Positions 40,747 through 52,357 of a stretch of 64,000 bases of DNA are shown one piece after another. The DNA is taken from assembly GCA_964596735.1 (NCBI GenBank), contig CAZQVF010000005.1:13328-77327 (forward strand), in the 5' to 3' direction. The notes beneath the pieces were generated by a model. That model made no database searches. It worked only from the letters and a program-made list of their open reading frames with translations, and was not told the DNA's origin. The position numbers and the translations under genes are program-made. Position 1 is the stretch's first letter. The number at the start of each line of letters is the position of its first letter. The DNA comes from an uncultured Gammaproteobacteria bacterium. Its GTDB lineage: Bacteria; Patescibacteriota; Patescibacteriia; UBA2591; UBA6264.

Positions 40747-41753
40747 TATCTCATTGCTAAAATACTTCTTTTATACGATTCTAAATTATCCAAAGCTGTC
40801 CCTGTGCCACGCGCTACAGAAAGTAAGGGCTCATCAGCCAAATAAGTAGGGACCCCAATAGCTTGAGTTAAAAGTTTATCCATATTTCTCAAAAGCGCAC
40901 TTCCTCCAGATAAAACCATGCCTTTTTCCATAACATCAGCCGAGAGCTCTGGAGGGGTTTCATAAAGAACAGATTTAACTGCTAAAATAATAGATTGGAG
41001 TTCATTTTGAATTGCCTCTGTAATATCATCTGAATTAATCGTAAGAACTCGAGGCAGTCCAAGGATCATATCTCGCCCCTTAATATCCAGTTTTAATTTT
41101 TTCTCCAATGGCAGGGCTGAACCAATCTTTATTTTAATTTCTTCTGCCGTCCTTTCCCCTACGGCCAAATTATATTTTTTTCGAATAAAAGTAGTAAGAG
41201 AAGAATCAAACTTATTTCCAGCCACCCGAACAGAAGTACAGGCAACAATTCCCCCTAAAGAAATAACTGCTGCTTCAGTAGTTCCCCCACCAATATCAAT
41301 AATCATATGACCCGAAGCTGATCCAATCGGGATATTTGCTCCAATCGCCGCCGCTATGGGTTCTTTGATGATATAGGCTGCTTTAGCTCCTGAACGCATG
41401 GTGGCATCAACCACGGCCCTTCTTTCTGAAGAAGTAATCCCTCCTGGAACGGCAACCATCACCTCTGGTCTAAAAATATTAAAACGACCGATTACTTTAC
41501 CAATAAAATATTTTAACATCGCCTCTGTGGTCTTATAATCAGCGATAACCCCATCTTTCAGGGGTTTTTTTGCAATAATAGTATCTGGAGTCCGCCCAAT
41601 CATTTCCTTGGCCTCGTCACCCACGGCTAAAACGCTTTTATCAATGGTAGAAATAGCGACCACTGAAGGCTCGTTGGTGACAATGCCTTTATCTGGTAAA
41701 TAAACCAAAATGTTGGTCGTTCCTAAGTCAATGCCGACTTTCTTAATAAACAT
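40746..41753 (-). CDS. mreB: Actin-like protein MreB (paralog 2)
   Basis: VGIDLGTTNILVY, IDIGGGTTEAAVIS and LSGGSALLRNMD. Confidence 0.92.
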   Translation of the reverse strand: MFIKKVGIDLGTTNILVYLPDKGIVTNEPSVVAISTIDKSVLAVGDEAKEMIGRTPDTIIAKKPLKDGVIADYKTTEAMLKYFIGKVIGRFNIFRPEVMVAVPGGITSSERRAVVDATMRSGAKAAYIIKEPIAAAIGANIPIGSASGHMIIDIGGGTTEAAVISLGGIVACTSVRVAGNKFDSSLTTFIRKKYNLAVGERTAEEIKIKIGSALPLEKKLKLDIKGRDMILGLPRVLTINSDDITEAIQNELQSIILAVKSVLYETPPELSADVMEKGMVLSGGSALLRNMDKLLTQAIGVPTYLADEPLLSVARGTGTALDNLESYKRSILAMR

Positions 41754-41820
41754 ATCATTACTTTATCTAAATATCAAAAAAAGTCAACCTTTCTTATTTT
41801 TGTGATAAAGCTATAAAAAA

Positions 41821-42864
41821 CTAACTTTCTATTACTTTTTTCTTATATTTCAAATAATATCTAACCAAAATAGCAACGATCGTCGCCGCTGGAACAGCTA
41901 AAACCATACCAATGGGTCCAGCTAATTTCCCCCCTACTAATAAGGCCAAGATAATAACCAGGGGGTCAAGGCCAACAGCCTTATGCATTACATAAGGAGA
42001 AATCAAAGTGTTTTCAATCTGCTGAATAACCATAAAAAGAATCAAAACAAATAAAGCCAGGGTTGGTGACTGGGTAAGAGCAATCAAAACTGCCGGAACG
42101 GCACCAATAAAAGGCCCAAGATAAGGAATTACTTCTGCTAAACCAGCAATCACTGCTAAGGTTAAAGAAAATTTAACGCCCAAAATCAGTAGACCCAAAT
42201 AAACCAAGACTCCAACAAATAAACAAATTAGTAACAGTCCTCTGGCCCATGCGCCAACGTCTTTTTGTACTGATTCACTAAAATCTGTTAAAAACTTCCT
42301 ATAATTGGCTGGTACCAAAGAATCTATAAAAGACCTCACGCCCCTTTTTCTGACCGAAATATAAAAGGATAAAACAAATACCATAAAAACAGACATAACC
42401 TGACCAGCTACCGTTCCTAAAACAGAAAAAATTGACTTAGCACTTAAAGACGATTTATTAAGCCAATTATTAAGCATGTCCAAAAACTGTTCTTGTGAAC
42501 CTGCCTGAATACCTGCTTGAACTTTATCTAAAATCGAGGTTAAAAATTCAGGAATTTCATCAATAAAAAGCCTGGTTTGTGATACAACAGCAGGAACAAT
42601 GGCCAGGCCCACTAAAATCAAAACTAATAATACACTCAAATAAACAAAAAGAGCCCCTGCCCAGCGAGGGATTTTCTTCTTTTCAAAATAATTAACCATT
42701 GGATTAATAATCGTCGCTAAAAGTACGGCAACCAAAATGATAAAAATCACATCGCGCAGCACGTATAAAAGCCAAAGGATGACAAAAATTAAAAGAATTT
42801 TGCCAATTGACCAAATATCAAACTTAATTAAAGTCACATTTTCTTTGTTATTTTTGTTTTCCAT
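41821..42864 (-). CDS. AI-2E family transporter (PerM-like permease)
   Basis: Multi-TM protein with EVIPYLGPFIGAVPA and the ISPYVM motif region. Confidence 0.8.
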   Translation of the reverse strand: MENKNNKENVTLIKFDIWSIGKILLIFVILWLLYVLRDVIFIILVAVLLATIINPMVNYFEKKKIPRWAGALFVYLSVLLVLILVGLAIVPAVVSQTRLFIDEIPEFLTSILDKVQAGIQAGSQEQFLDMLNNWLNKSSLSAKSIFSVLGTVAGQVMSVFMVFVLSFYISVRKRGVRSFIDSLVPANYRKFLTDFSESVQKDVGAWARGLLLICLFVGVLVYLGLLILGVKFSLTLAVIAGLAEVIPYLGPFIGAVPAVLIALTQSPTLALFVLILFMVIQQIENTLISPYVMHKAVGLDPLVIILALLVGGKLAGPIGMVLAVPAATIVAILVRYYLKYKKKVIES

Positions 42865-42866
42865 AG

Positions 42867-42919
42867 TTTATAATTAAAATGTTTTTTAATTTCAAGGTTC
42901 TGGCGAAGCCAGGTTCTTA
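42867..42919 (-). promoter_or_regulatory. Dispersed promoter-proximal repeat, copy 5, short form (upstream of the AI-2E transporter gene)
   Basis: Minus-strand reading: tAAGAACCtggcttcgcCAGAACCTTGAAA-17 nt-TATAAA-ct-ATG. Confidence 0.6.
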
Positions 42920-42944
42920 TTTTTTAAATTTATAATTATCTATA

Positions 42945-44219
42945 TTATATCCTTTTCTCTAAAATCCGCAACAAAGATTGTTTATTCTTAAATGGCCCTA
43001 TTAAGGCTAATTTTAGACCTTGTTTACAAAAAATATCTTGAGCTACATTTTGAATCTGTTTTTGGGTAACCTTTTTTAATTTTTTCAGTCGCTGACTTGG
43101 AGAAACAATCTTACCAACAAAAAGAGATTGATAACCATGCCAAGTTGCTAAATTAGCTGAATCTTCTAAGGAAATTTTCATTATTCCTCCAATATAATCT
43201 TTAGCTCGCGCTAACTCTTCTTTTGTTACAATATCTTTCTTAACTTTATTTAATTCATCTAAAATAACTTTTACTGTTTCTAAAACCTTTTCTTTATCAA
43301 CCCCTGCTTGAATAACATAGTTACCAATATCTTGATATTTACCCAAACCCATTTTAATTGAATAAGCCAGCCCTCTTTTATCTCTAACCTGAGTAAAAAG
43401 GCGTGAACTCATATTTCCACCAAGAATTGTTGACAAAAGTGTGGCTGCTTCTAATTTGGGGTGATTATAAGAATAGGCAAAACCGCCCAAAGCAAGTTGT
43501 GTTTGTTTTAATTTTTTGAATCGAATTTTAATATCTGGCTTGGTTTTTTTTCTTACCAAAGGTGTATACTTAATTTTTTTTGCTCTTCCTTGATAAGAAG
43601 CAAAATATTTTTTAACCAGCTTAATAGTTTGGGTTTTTTCTATTCCTCCGGCCACTATCATCAACATCTGATTAGGTTGATAAAATAGTTCTTTATATTT
43701 AACTAAAGATCGTCTACTTAATTTTTGAACATCACTAAGGTGACCACTAATTAACTGTCCTAGGGCGTGTTTATTAAAAAGAGTACTTTCAAAAAATTCA
43801 TTAATATAAAATAAAGGATTTTCTTCATACATTTTAATTTCTTCTAAAATGACTGTCTTTTCATGATCAAATTCTTTCTGATCAAAAACAGAATTAAAAA
43901 GCATATCAGACAAAACGTCTAAACTTATACTTATCTTTTCTTTAGCTGATTTTACCCAATAACCAGTATGGTCTTTTCCTGTAAATGCATTGTAATATGC
44001 TCCTATTCCATCTAATTCCTTAGAAATTGCCAAACTATTTAATCTTTTTTTTGTTCCTTTAAACATCATATGTTCAATAAAATGCGAGCCACCATTTAAG
44101 TGAGCTGGTTCATATCTGGATCCAACTGGTAATAAAACTAAAACCGTCACTGTTTTTGCATCTTTAACAGGGACGGTAATTAATTTAAGACCGTTAGGAA
44201 AAATAGTTTGGGAGTACAT
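42945..44219 (-). CDS. M16-family zinc peptidase (insulinase-like)
   Basis: Inverted zinc motif HFIEHMMFKGT (HxxEH). Confidence 0.88.
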   Translation of the reverse strand: MYSQTIFPNGLKLITVPVKDAKTVTVLVLLPVGSRYEPAHLNGGSHFIEHMMFKGTKKRLNSLAISKELDGIGAYYNAFTGKDHTGYWVKSAKEKISISLDVLSDMLFNSVFDQKEFDHEKTVILEEIKMYEENPLFYINEFFESTLFNKHALGQLISGHLSDVQKLSRRSLVKYKELFYQPNQMLMIVAGGIEKTQTIKLVKKYFASYQGRAKKIKYTPLVRKKTKPDIKIRFKKLKQTQLALGGFAYSYNHPKLEAATLLSTILGGNMSSRLFTQVRDKRGLAYSIKMGLGKYQDIGNYVIQAGVDKEKVLETVKVILDELNKVKKDIVTKEELARAKDYIGGIMKISLEDSANLATWHGYQSLFVGKIVSPSQRLKKLKKVTQKQIQNVAQDIFCKQGLKLALIGPFKNKQSLLRILEKRI

Positions 44220-44220
44220 T

Positions 44221-45591
44221 TTAAAATAATTTATCCTTTAAATAGTCTATTAATTCTTCAATACTTATTCTCTCTTGCTTCATTGTGTCTCTATCTCTAA
44301 TGGTCACCTTTTTGTCGTCTAAACTGTCAAAGTCAACGGTTACACAGTATAGGGTGCCAATTTCATCCTGACGACGATAACGTCGACCAATAGAACCGAC
44401 TTCGTCATATTGGACCATCCAATATTTTTTCAAGTCTTTATAAATACTCTGAGCCACTTTTTTTAAAGGTTCTTTTTTGCTTAAAGGTAAAATTGCTACC
44501 TTGATTGGAGCTAAATCTTTATGTAAGCGGAGAACAACTTCTTGTTCTTTGTTTGATCTAGTTGTTGTTGTTCGTCCTCCTTTAATTTCTTCATAAGCAT
44601 CAGTCAAAAAGGCTAATAATGGCCTGTCAACGCCAGCTGACGGTTCAATAACATAAGGAATATACTTTTTCCTATCTTGATCTTGATAAGACATATCTTG
44701 GCCAGAAAATTTTTGATGTTGTTTTAAGTCAAAATCACCCCTATTGGCCACTCCTTCTAATTCTGACCAACCAAAAGGAAATTTATACTCAACATCAGAA
44801 CAAGACTGAGCATAATGAGCTAATTCATCCTTTCCGTGTTCACGCAAACGCAAGTTTTTCTTTTTAATCCCTAAATCCAAATACCAATCAAATCTTTGTT
44901 TTAACCAATATTTATACCATTTTTTAGCTTGATTAGCCCTTACAAAAAATTCTACTTCCATTTGTTCAAACTCCCGGGTTCTGAAAATAAAATTACCTGG
45001 GGTTATTTCGTTGCGGAAAGATTTACCAATCTGGGCAATGCCAAAAGGTGTTTTCATCCGACTGGATTGCAAAATATTATTAAAATTAACAAATATTCCT
45101 TGAGCAGTTTCTGGACGAAGATAGATTATATTGGCCTCAGTTTCGGTGGGCCCCATAAAAGTTTTAAACATTAAATTAAATAGCTGTTCATTTGTAAACT
45201 CCCTTGAACCACATTCAGGACAAATTTTTTGGGGCTGTTTTGTCCATTTTACTCCCTTTTTATGTCGCTCTACAGAAACTCCCAAATCTTCTAACCTAAA
45301 TCTTTTATGGCAATTTTTGCATTCAACTAAAGGATCATGAAATCCCTTTAAGTGTCCAGAGGCCTCCCAAACCTTAGAATTCATTAAAATAGAAGAATCT
45401 AGGCCAACCACGTCGTCTCTTTCTTGAACAACCTTTTTCCACCAGGCTTTTTTAATATTATTCTTTAATTCCACACCTAAAGGCCCATAATCATAGCAAG
45501 AAGCTAATCCTCCATAAATTTCTGATGAAGGAAAAATAAACCCCCGGCGCTTAGCTAAAGATACTATTTTCTCCATTAATTCTTGACTCAT
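44221..45591 (-). CDS. glyQS: Glycyl-tRNA synthetase (dimeric GlyQS type)
   Basis: RGFIFPSSEIYGG, YLRPETAQGIF, FRNEITP and EPSAGVDR. Confidence 0.94.
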   Translation of the reverse strand: MSQELMEKIVSLAKRRGFIFPSSEIYGGLASCYDYGPLGVELKNNIKKAWWKKVVQERDDVVGLDSSILMNSKVWEASGHLKGFHDPLVECKNCHKRFRLEDLGVSVERHKKGVKWTKQPQKICPECGSREFTNEQLFNLMFKTFMGPTETEANIIYLRPETAQGIFVNFNNILQSSRMKTPFGIAQIGKSFRNEITPGNFIFRTREFEQMEVEFFVRANQAKKWYKYWLKQRFDWYLDLGIKKKNLRLREHGKDELAHYAQSCSDVEYKFPFGWSELEGVANRGDFDLKQHQKFSGQDMSYQDQDRKKYIPYVIEPSAGVDRPLLAFLTDAYEEIKGGRTTTTRSNKEQEVVLRLHKDLAPIKVAILPLSKKEPLKKVAQSIYKDLKKYWMVQYDEVGSIGRRYRRQDEIGTLYCVTVDFDSLDDKKVTIRDRDTMKQERISIEELIDYLKDKLF

Positions 45592-45628
45592 ATAAATATG
45601 ATAACAGATTTGTTAGAAAAATAAAGAT

Positions 45629-46720
<1,092 letters not shown>

Positions 46721-46759
46721 TTATTTATAAGCAAAGCTTGAAATTAAAAAACATTTTAA

Positions 46760-47479
46760 CTATAAATGCCAGCTGAAAAACAGCTTAATCACTTTCTCGG
46801 CTATTTGTAAATCCTTTTGGACAAATTTTTGTTGAATTAAAGAAGCAAAATCTTGGTAAAGCAATTTTCGTAAAACCATTAAAGCTTTTATATTAATTCT
46901 GACTTGTTGATTGTTAGCGTTGTCATCTAAATTATGTTTTAAGCAAACAATTCCCCCTTTTTCTAAATTAAAAACAATCTCTTCTTCTTGGGGTGTTTGA
47001 TAACAAATTAGACAGGTTTTTATCTCTGGACAATATCCTGAGAAAGCGAGGAATTTGATTAAAAAAGCATGATTAATAATCCTAATTTTATTTAAAGGAA
47101 TTTGATTAATTATTTTTAAAAATTTTAATATCAGAAGGAAAATTTTTTTATCAGACTGGGGTTTAATTAATTGATTAATTCGTTTTAGTAAAGTATTGGT
47201 TTGAATAATCTTTTGTTCTTCTGTAATAATATTCTTAAAACGTTCCTTAACCTCACCGCCAATTAAATGAGTATGACTTTTCCCTGGAGCAACAACTAAA
47301 TCTAATAAAGCAAAAGGCTCCGAAATAAGTGGAGCCAGCTTAGAATTGATTTTACGAGCCCCGCGAACAAAGACTTCTAATTTGCCAGATTCTTGACTAT
47401 AAAAAGATATAACTTGATCATTCTCCCGCCAATTCTCTCTGGCCAAAATTATTCCCAGTAAATGTTGGGTTCTAGACAT
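46760..47479 (-). CDS. recO: DNA repair protein RecO
   Basis: N-terminal OB fold, a CxxC...C zinc module (CLICYQ...VCLKH), and appropriate size. Confidence 0.75.
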   Translation of the reverse strand: MSRTQHLLGIILARENWRENDQVISFYSQESGKLEVFVRGARKINSKLAPLISEPFALLDLVVAPGKSHTHLIGGEVKERFKNIITEEQKIIQTNTLLKRINQLIKPQSDKKIFLLILKFLKIINQIPLNKIRIINHAFLIKFLAFSGYCPEIKTCLICYQTPQEEEIVFNLEKGGIVCLKHNLDDNANNQQVRINIKALMVLRKLLYQDFASLIQQKFVQKDLQIAEKVIKLFFSWHL

Positions 47480-47481
47480 AA

Positions 47482-50388
47482 TTATTTTTTCAACACTAGC
47501 CTAACCTTTTGTCCGTTTATCTCTATTTCTTTCTGAATTAAACTTTTATCTGAAATAGTTTGAAAGAGAATGTTTTTACTAACCGTATTTTTTTTAAATA
47601 ATTCTTTATATTTTTCCAAAATCTGTTTAATCTCCCTAGACTCTGTTTGACAAAATATATTAACTAAATCCTTTTGAGTCAAACCAGCTTTTTTTCGCAA
47701 AGCATTAATTTGACGAACAATTTCCCGAACCAATCCTTGTTCTTTTAATTCTAAACTAATCTCTGTATTTAAACATAATTCAATGCCACCCTCTTTTGTC
47801 GTCTTCCAATTATCTCCCTGAGGTAAATTTTTCTCAATTTCAATCTCTTTTATATTTAATTCATCCTTGATTAAATCAACTAAGCTATCTGAAACCCCAA
47901 CTCCTGAAACTATTAGTTTGGCCAAAGGTTGGCGAACTTTAATCCCTGCTTGAACCCGTAAATTATGCCCTAATTCACAAATTTTTCTTACCATCTGCAT
48001 TTCAGATAATAATTTTTCATTAATTAAATCTTCATCAAATTCAGGCCAATCTTGCAAATGAACAGACTCTTGTTTCCCATCTATATCTTGATATATGTAT
48101 TCAGCTAAGAAGGGGAGAAAAGGAGCCATGATTCTACTCAAATGAAACAAAATTCTTCTTAATGTTTTTAAGGCTTTTATCCTGGCCTCTTTGTCTTCTC
48201 CTCTAAACCTGCCTCTTGATCTTCTAATATACCAAGTAGATAAATCATTGACAAAATTAGGTATCTCCCGTACAGCGTTTAAGTCATACTTATCCATTCT
48301 TTTAGTAATATCTCTAGTTAACAAACTAAGTCGACTAGTAATCCATTGGTCAAGGACATGAGTAATGTCTTTATTTTTATCTAGATTCTCAACCTTAATA
48401 TCTCTTTTAAACATCTGGTAAAAAGTCAAAACGTTCATTAAAGTGGTAAAAAATCGACACTGTTCTTTTAAGTCTTTTTCAGAAAAACTTAAATCCTCTG
48501 CTTTCATTACTGAAGAATTTGTTAAATAATATCGTATTGCATCTGCACCATACTTTTCCATTACTTCTATCGGGTCTGGATAATTTCTTAAGTGTTTTGA
48601 CATTTTTTTACCGTCTTCGGCCAAAACCATACCATTAACAACTACGTTTTTAAAACAATTGGTGTTTTTAAGAGCCGTGGCTAAAATATGCAAATAATAA
48701 AACCAAGCCCGTGTATGATCAATTCCTTCGGCAATAAATTGAGCGGGAAAATTTTTTTCAAACCTCTCTTTGTTCTCAAAAGGATAATGTAACTGAGCAT
48801 ATGGCATTGCCCCTGATTCAAACCAACAATCTAAAACATCTGGGACTCTTCTCATTATTCCCTGGCATTTTTCACATTTAAAAGTGTATTTATCAACAAA
48901 ATGTTTATGAAGATCTTTAATTTTTTCTCCAGAAATTTCTTCTAATTCTTTGACTGAACCAAAAACTTTTTTTTCTCCGCATTTATCACATATCCAAACT
49001 GGAATAACTGAACCCCAAAATCTTTGTCTTGAAATTGACCAGTCTCTAGCCCCCTCTAACCATTTACCAAATCTTCCTTCTTTAATATGACTGGGGACCC
49101 AGTTAATCTCCCTGGCTGTTTTTAAAGCTTTTTCCCTAATTTTTGTCACATTAACAAATAAAGAAGAGGTCGCATAATTTAACAAAGGAGCATCACAACG
49201 CCAACAATGCGGATAAGAATGAACAAATGGAATCCTACTAAAAACCAACCCCTTTTTTTCTAAATAATCCAAGACTTTTTTGTCCGTACCCGCAGGATCG
49301 CTTTTGGGTTTTACTTCCTCACCTTTAAAATCAATAACATCATCTGTAAAATGTCCGTCCATTTTAACGTGTTGAATAAAAGGTAGCTCTTTTTCTTTCC
49401 CTAAATTCATATCATCCTCACCAAAAGCTGGAGCAATATGAACCACGCCGGTTCCGTCTTCTATAGTAACAAAGTCTGCCAACTGAACAGTATATAAATT
49501 TTGTTTATTTTCTAGATTTTTATCTAAATAATAATCGAATAATGGTCTATATTTTTTATTCTCTAATTCTTTGGCTTTAATATCTTTTAAAATTTTATAC
49601 TTTCTTCCTTCAAATATATTTTCTATGTTCTGCTTAACACAAATATATCTTTCTTTTCCTGATTCGACTAAAACATATTTTAAATTCTCTCCCATGGCCA
49701 AAGCGACATTTCCGGGTAGTGTCCAGGGTGTAGTCGTCCAAGCTAAAATATAAACGTCTGGCTGATCTATTAGTTCAAACTTAGCAATAACAGATATATC
49801 TTCAATGTCCTTATATCCTTCACTTACTTCATGTTGAGATAAGGTAGTTTCACACCGAGGACAAATATGCATTGATTTATAACTTTCATAAATCAATCCT
49901 TTATCCCACAACTCTTTGAATGCCCACCAAATGCTTTCCATGTAATCTTTATCCATTGTTTTATAGTCATTGTCCATATCTACCCAGCGCCCGAAACGGT
50001 AAATAATTTTTCTCCATTCTTCAGCATAAATTAAAACCTTGCTTCGACAGGTTTCATTAAATTTAGCGACCCCTAGTTCCTCAATTTGTTTTTTGCTTTT
50101 AATTTTCATTTCCCCTTCAACAATATTTTCAATTGGCAAGCCGTGGCAATCCCATCCCCATTTTCTTTCAACATGATATCCTTTCATTGTCCAATAACGA
50201 GGGACCACATCTTTCATTAAACTAGCAACCAAATGACCATAATGGGGGGTGCCTGTAGCAAAAGGGGGGCCGTCATAAAATACAAAATCACCTTGATTAG
50301 AAGATTTCCTTTTCAAGGACTTTTCAAAGGTTTTATCTTTATCCCAAAACCTTAGAATTTCTTTTTCAATTTGAGAAAAATTAAACAT
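47482..50388 (-). CDS. ileS: Isoleucyl-tRNA synthetase
   Basis: PPFATGTPHYGHL (HIGH), KMSKHLRN (KMSKS), and a CP1 editing insertion. Confidence 0.94.
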   Translation of the reverse strand: MFNFSQIEKEILRFWDKDKTFEKSLKRKSSNQGDFVFYDGPPFATGTPHYGHLVASLMKDVVPRYWTMKGYHVERKWGWDCHGLPIENIVEGEMKIKSKKQIEELGVAKFNETCRSKVLIYAEEWRKIIYRFGRWVDMDNDYKTMDKDYMESIWWAFKELWDKGLIYESYKSMHICPRCETTLSQHEVSEGYKDIEDISVIAKFELIDQPDVYILAWTTTPWTLPGNVALAMGENLKYVLVESGKERYICVKQNIENIFEGRKYKILKDIKAKELENKKYRPLFDYYLDKNLENKQNLYTVQLADFVTIEDGTGVVHIAPAFGEDDMNLGKEKELPFIQHVKMDGHFTDDVIDFKGEEVKPKSDPAGTDKKVLDYLEKKGLVFSRIPFVHSYPHCWRCDAPLLNYATSSLFVNVTKIREKALKTAREINWVPSHIKEGRFGKWLEGARDWSISRQRFWGSVIPVWICDKCGEKKVFGSVKELEEISGEKIKDLHKHFVDKYTFKCEKCQGIMRRVPDVLDCWFESGAMPYAQLHYPFENKERFEKNFPAQFIAEGIDHTRAWFYYLHILATALKNTNCFKNVVVNGMVLAEDGKKMSKHLRNYPDPIEVMEKYGADAIRYYLTNSSVMKAEDLSFSEKDLKEQCRFFTTLMNVLTFYQMFKRDIKVENLDKNKDITHVLDQWITSRLSLLTRDITKRMDKYDLNAVREIPNFVNDLSTWYIRRSRGRFRGEDKEARIKALKTLRRILFHLSRIMAPFLPFLAEYIYQDIDGKQESVHLQDWPEFDEDLINEKLLSEMQMVRKICELGHNLRVQAGIKVRQPLAKLIVSGVGVSDSLVDLIKDELNIKEIEIEKNLPQGDNWKTTKEGGIELCLNTEISLELKEQGLVREIVRQINALRKKAGLTQKDLVNIFCQTESREIKQILEKYKELFKKNTVSKNILFQTISDKSLIQKEIEINGQKVRLVLKK

Positions 50389-50401
50389 ATTATATTAAAA
50401 A

Positions 50402-52300
50402 TTATTCTTTAGATTCTATTACGATTCCTTGATTTTGACCCCAAGGATCATCTTTTAAGTTGGTATCTAAAGCACTTGCTTGGTCAAAAATCAAATCACC
50501 TGTTAATTGGTCTTCTGCGGTTAACAATATATCTTCAGTTAAAAAAAGTAGCTGATTTAACTGGAATTTTTTAGGAACCATTTTTACTTCAAACTGCGCC
50601 TCAACTAATGAATAGGGGCCTCCTTGATAAATTGATAATTCCGGAATTTGCCAAGAAACTTCTTGGCCATCTTCTTGATAAAGAATCAGGCCGTGAGTTG
50701 TCTTTGTCTGGCCGGTCCAAATCACACTGTCTGGTAATTTTGTTTTAACAAAAATATTTTTAATCGGATTCGTGGTATTTTTAATCCGCCAGAAAATTGA
50801 AAAACGAGTTTCTTCTCCCACCTGCGGAGGTAAGGGCCCTTGCCCCAGGGGAATGTGTTCATCATCGTAATAACGAGCATCAGACTCTAGGTTCAGACTA
50901 GTTTTAATGGGTAGCTCAATCTTGTTTCCTTGCATCTCCCAAATAAAGTCCTCTTGGTTTAATCTTCCTTGTCCTAAAATTTCAAGGCTGATCTGTGCTT
51001 GCAGTTCACTCGCTTTTATTGCTTGTAAAGATGTTTTCAGGGGGAGATCAAAAACAACAATTCCCTCAGCCCCTGGCAAAATCTGCTCAAAAGCGGGTAT
51101 TAAACCTGAAGACCATCCCTTGATTTTATTGTCTGAAAAAATTTCTAAAGATTCACTTATAACCTCGGAGGAAAGTTTTTTTGAAATAAAGGCTGAAGAC
51201 GATTGAGAACTAGAACCCTGATAATAGTGCCAGCGAGACTGATAAAGTCTATCAAAATCCACATACTGACCGCCAGTTAATTTTAGCTTTAAAACAAAAT
51301 CCTTAATAGTTTGTTGACTTTGATTGTAATATGTAAGGCCAATCGGCAAAATTTGCCCCCAATCACAGCTCTGTACTTTTTCAATTAGACCATTTACTTC
51401 TAAGGCTATATTAAAATCAAACTTTTCAAGTAATATTTTTTTTTGTTTTTCAATTTGAGAAAAAAACTCTTTATTTTCAAAAACACCAGCCTGTAGATCA
51501 AACGTTAATTCATTAATAAGTGGATTTTTAAAAACACCTTCAAATTCAAGTCCCTTTTTATCTTTTGGATTTAAATCATTAATTTTCCACTTAAGTTGAC
51601 GCTCTGATTCTTTAATTTCAATTTCCTCTTCTTTATTATTTTCTAAAACAGATTTTGCCCTTGCTAATGTAAAATCACGAGACCAATTAATAATTACCTG
51701 AGCAGTAGGAATTATTTCCTCACTGATGTTTTCTAAAGATAGGTTTGACTCTATTTTCTGGCCAAAACTAGACTGTTCAGGAATTTGCCAAGCTAAAAAA
51801 ATTGATGGTGTTAACTTAATCGAAGAAGACAATGTTTTTTGAAACTCAGAAGAAAATCCGGCTAAACGAAAATTTAAAACGCCATCAAAATTTTGAGCTT
51901 GATCAGCTCGCCCAAAGAGCTGACCCTGAAGCTCAATCTCTTTTAATTCACCTTTTTTAATCTGGGCAAAAGACCAAAAACATCTTTGGGCCAACACCTG
52001 ACCGCAAGCTGGAGAACTTGATTTAAGGACAAATCCTTGAGGAAAATCTAAAACTACCTCAACCTGCTCTAAATTATGGCGTCCCTGATTTTTGATAAAA
52101 ACAAAAAATGTATTTTCTTGGCCAACTATTTGTTCTGCATGCCGATAAAACCAAAACCTAATGTCTTGATTCTTATTGTCTGATGGATCTTGGTTAAAAT
52201 AAAAAAGGCCTATCAGACTGATCCCCAGGACTAATATCAATAAAACAAAAACAAGGCCTAAAAAACTTGATCCTCTATTTTTTGGCTGATTTGTTTGCAT
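50402..52300 (-). CDS. Hypothetical large membrane-anchored protein
   Basis: A single N-terminal TM (FLGLVFVLLILVLGISLIGLFYF) followed by about 590 aa that read by eye as beta-rich. No motif recognised. Confidence 0.6.
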   Translation of the reverse strand: MQTNQPKNRGSSFLGLVFVLLILVLGISLIGLFYFNQDPSDNKNQDIRFWFYRHAEQIVGQENTFFVFIKNQGRHNLEQVEVVLDFPQGFVLKSSSPACGQVLAQRCFWSFAQIKKGELKEIELQGQLFGRADQAQNFDGVLNFRLAGFSSEFQKTLSSSIKLTPSIFLAWQIPEQSSFGQKIESNLSLENISEEIIPTAQVIINWSRDFTLARAKSVLENNKEEEIEIKESERQLKWKINDLNPKDKKGLEFEGVFKNPLINELTFDLQAGVFENKEFFSQIEKQKKILLEKFDFNIALEVNGLIEKVQSCDWGQILPIGLTYYNQSQQTIKDFVLKLKLTGGQYVDFDRLYQSRWHYYQGSSSQSSSAFISKKLSSEVISESLEIFSDNKIKGWSSGLIPAFEQILPGAEGIVVFDLPLKTSLQAIKASELQAQISLEILGQGRLNQEDFIWEMQGNKIELPIKTSLNLESDARYYDDEHIPLGQGPLPPQVGEETRFSIFWRIKNTTNPIKNIFVKTKLPDSVIWTGQTKTTHGLILYQEDGQEVSWQIPELSIYQGGPYSLVEAQFEVKMVPKKFQLNQLLFLTEDILLTAEDQLTGDLIFDQASALDTNLKDDPWGQNQGIVIESKE

Positions 52301-52357
52301 ACCAATATTTAGGCTAAAATATTCTTATCCCTAAATAAAGGATTATTCTTCGTCTGG

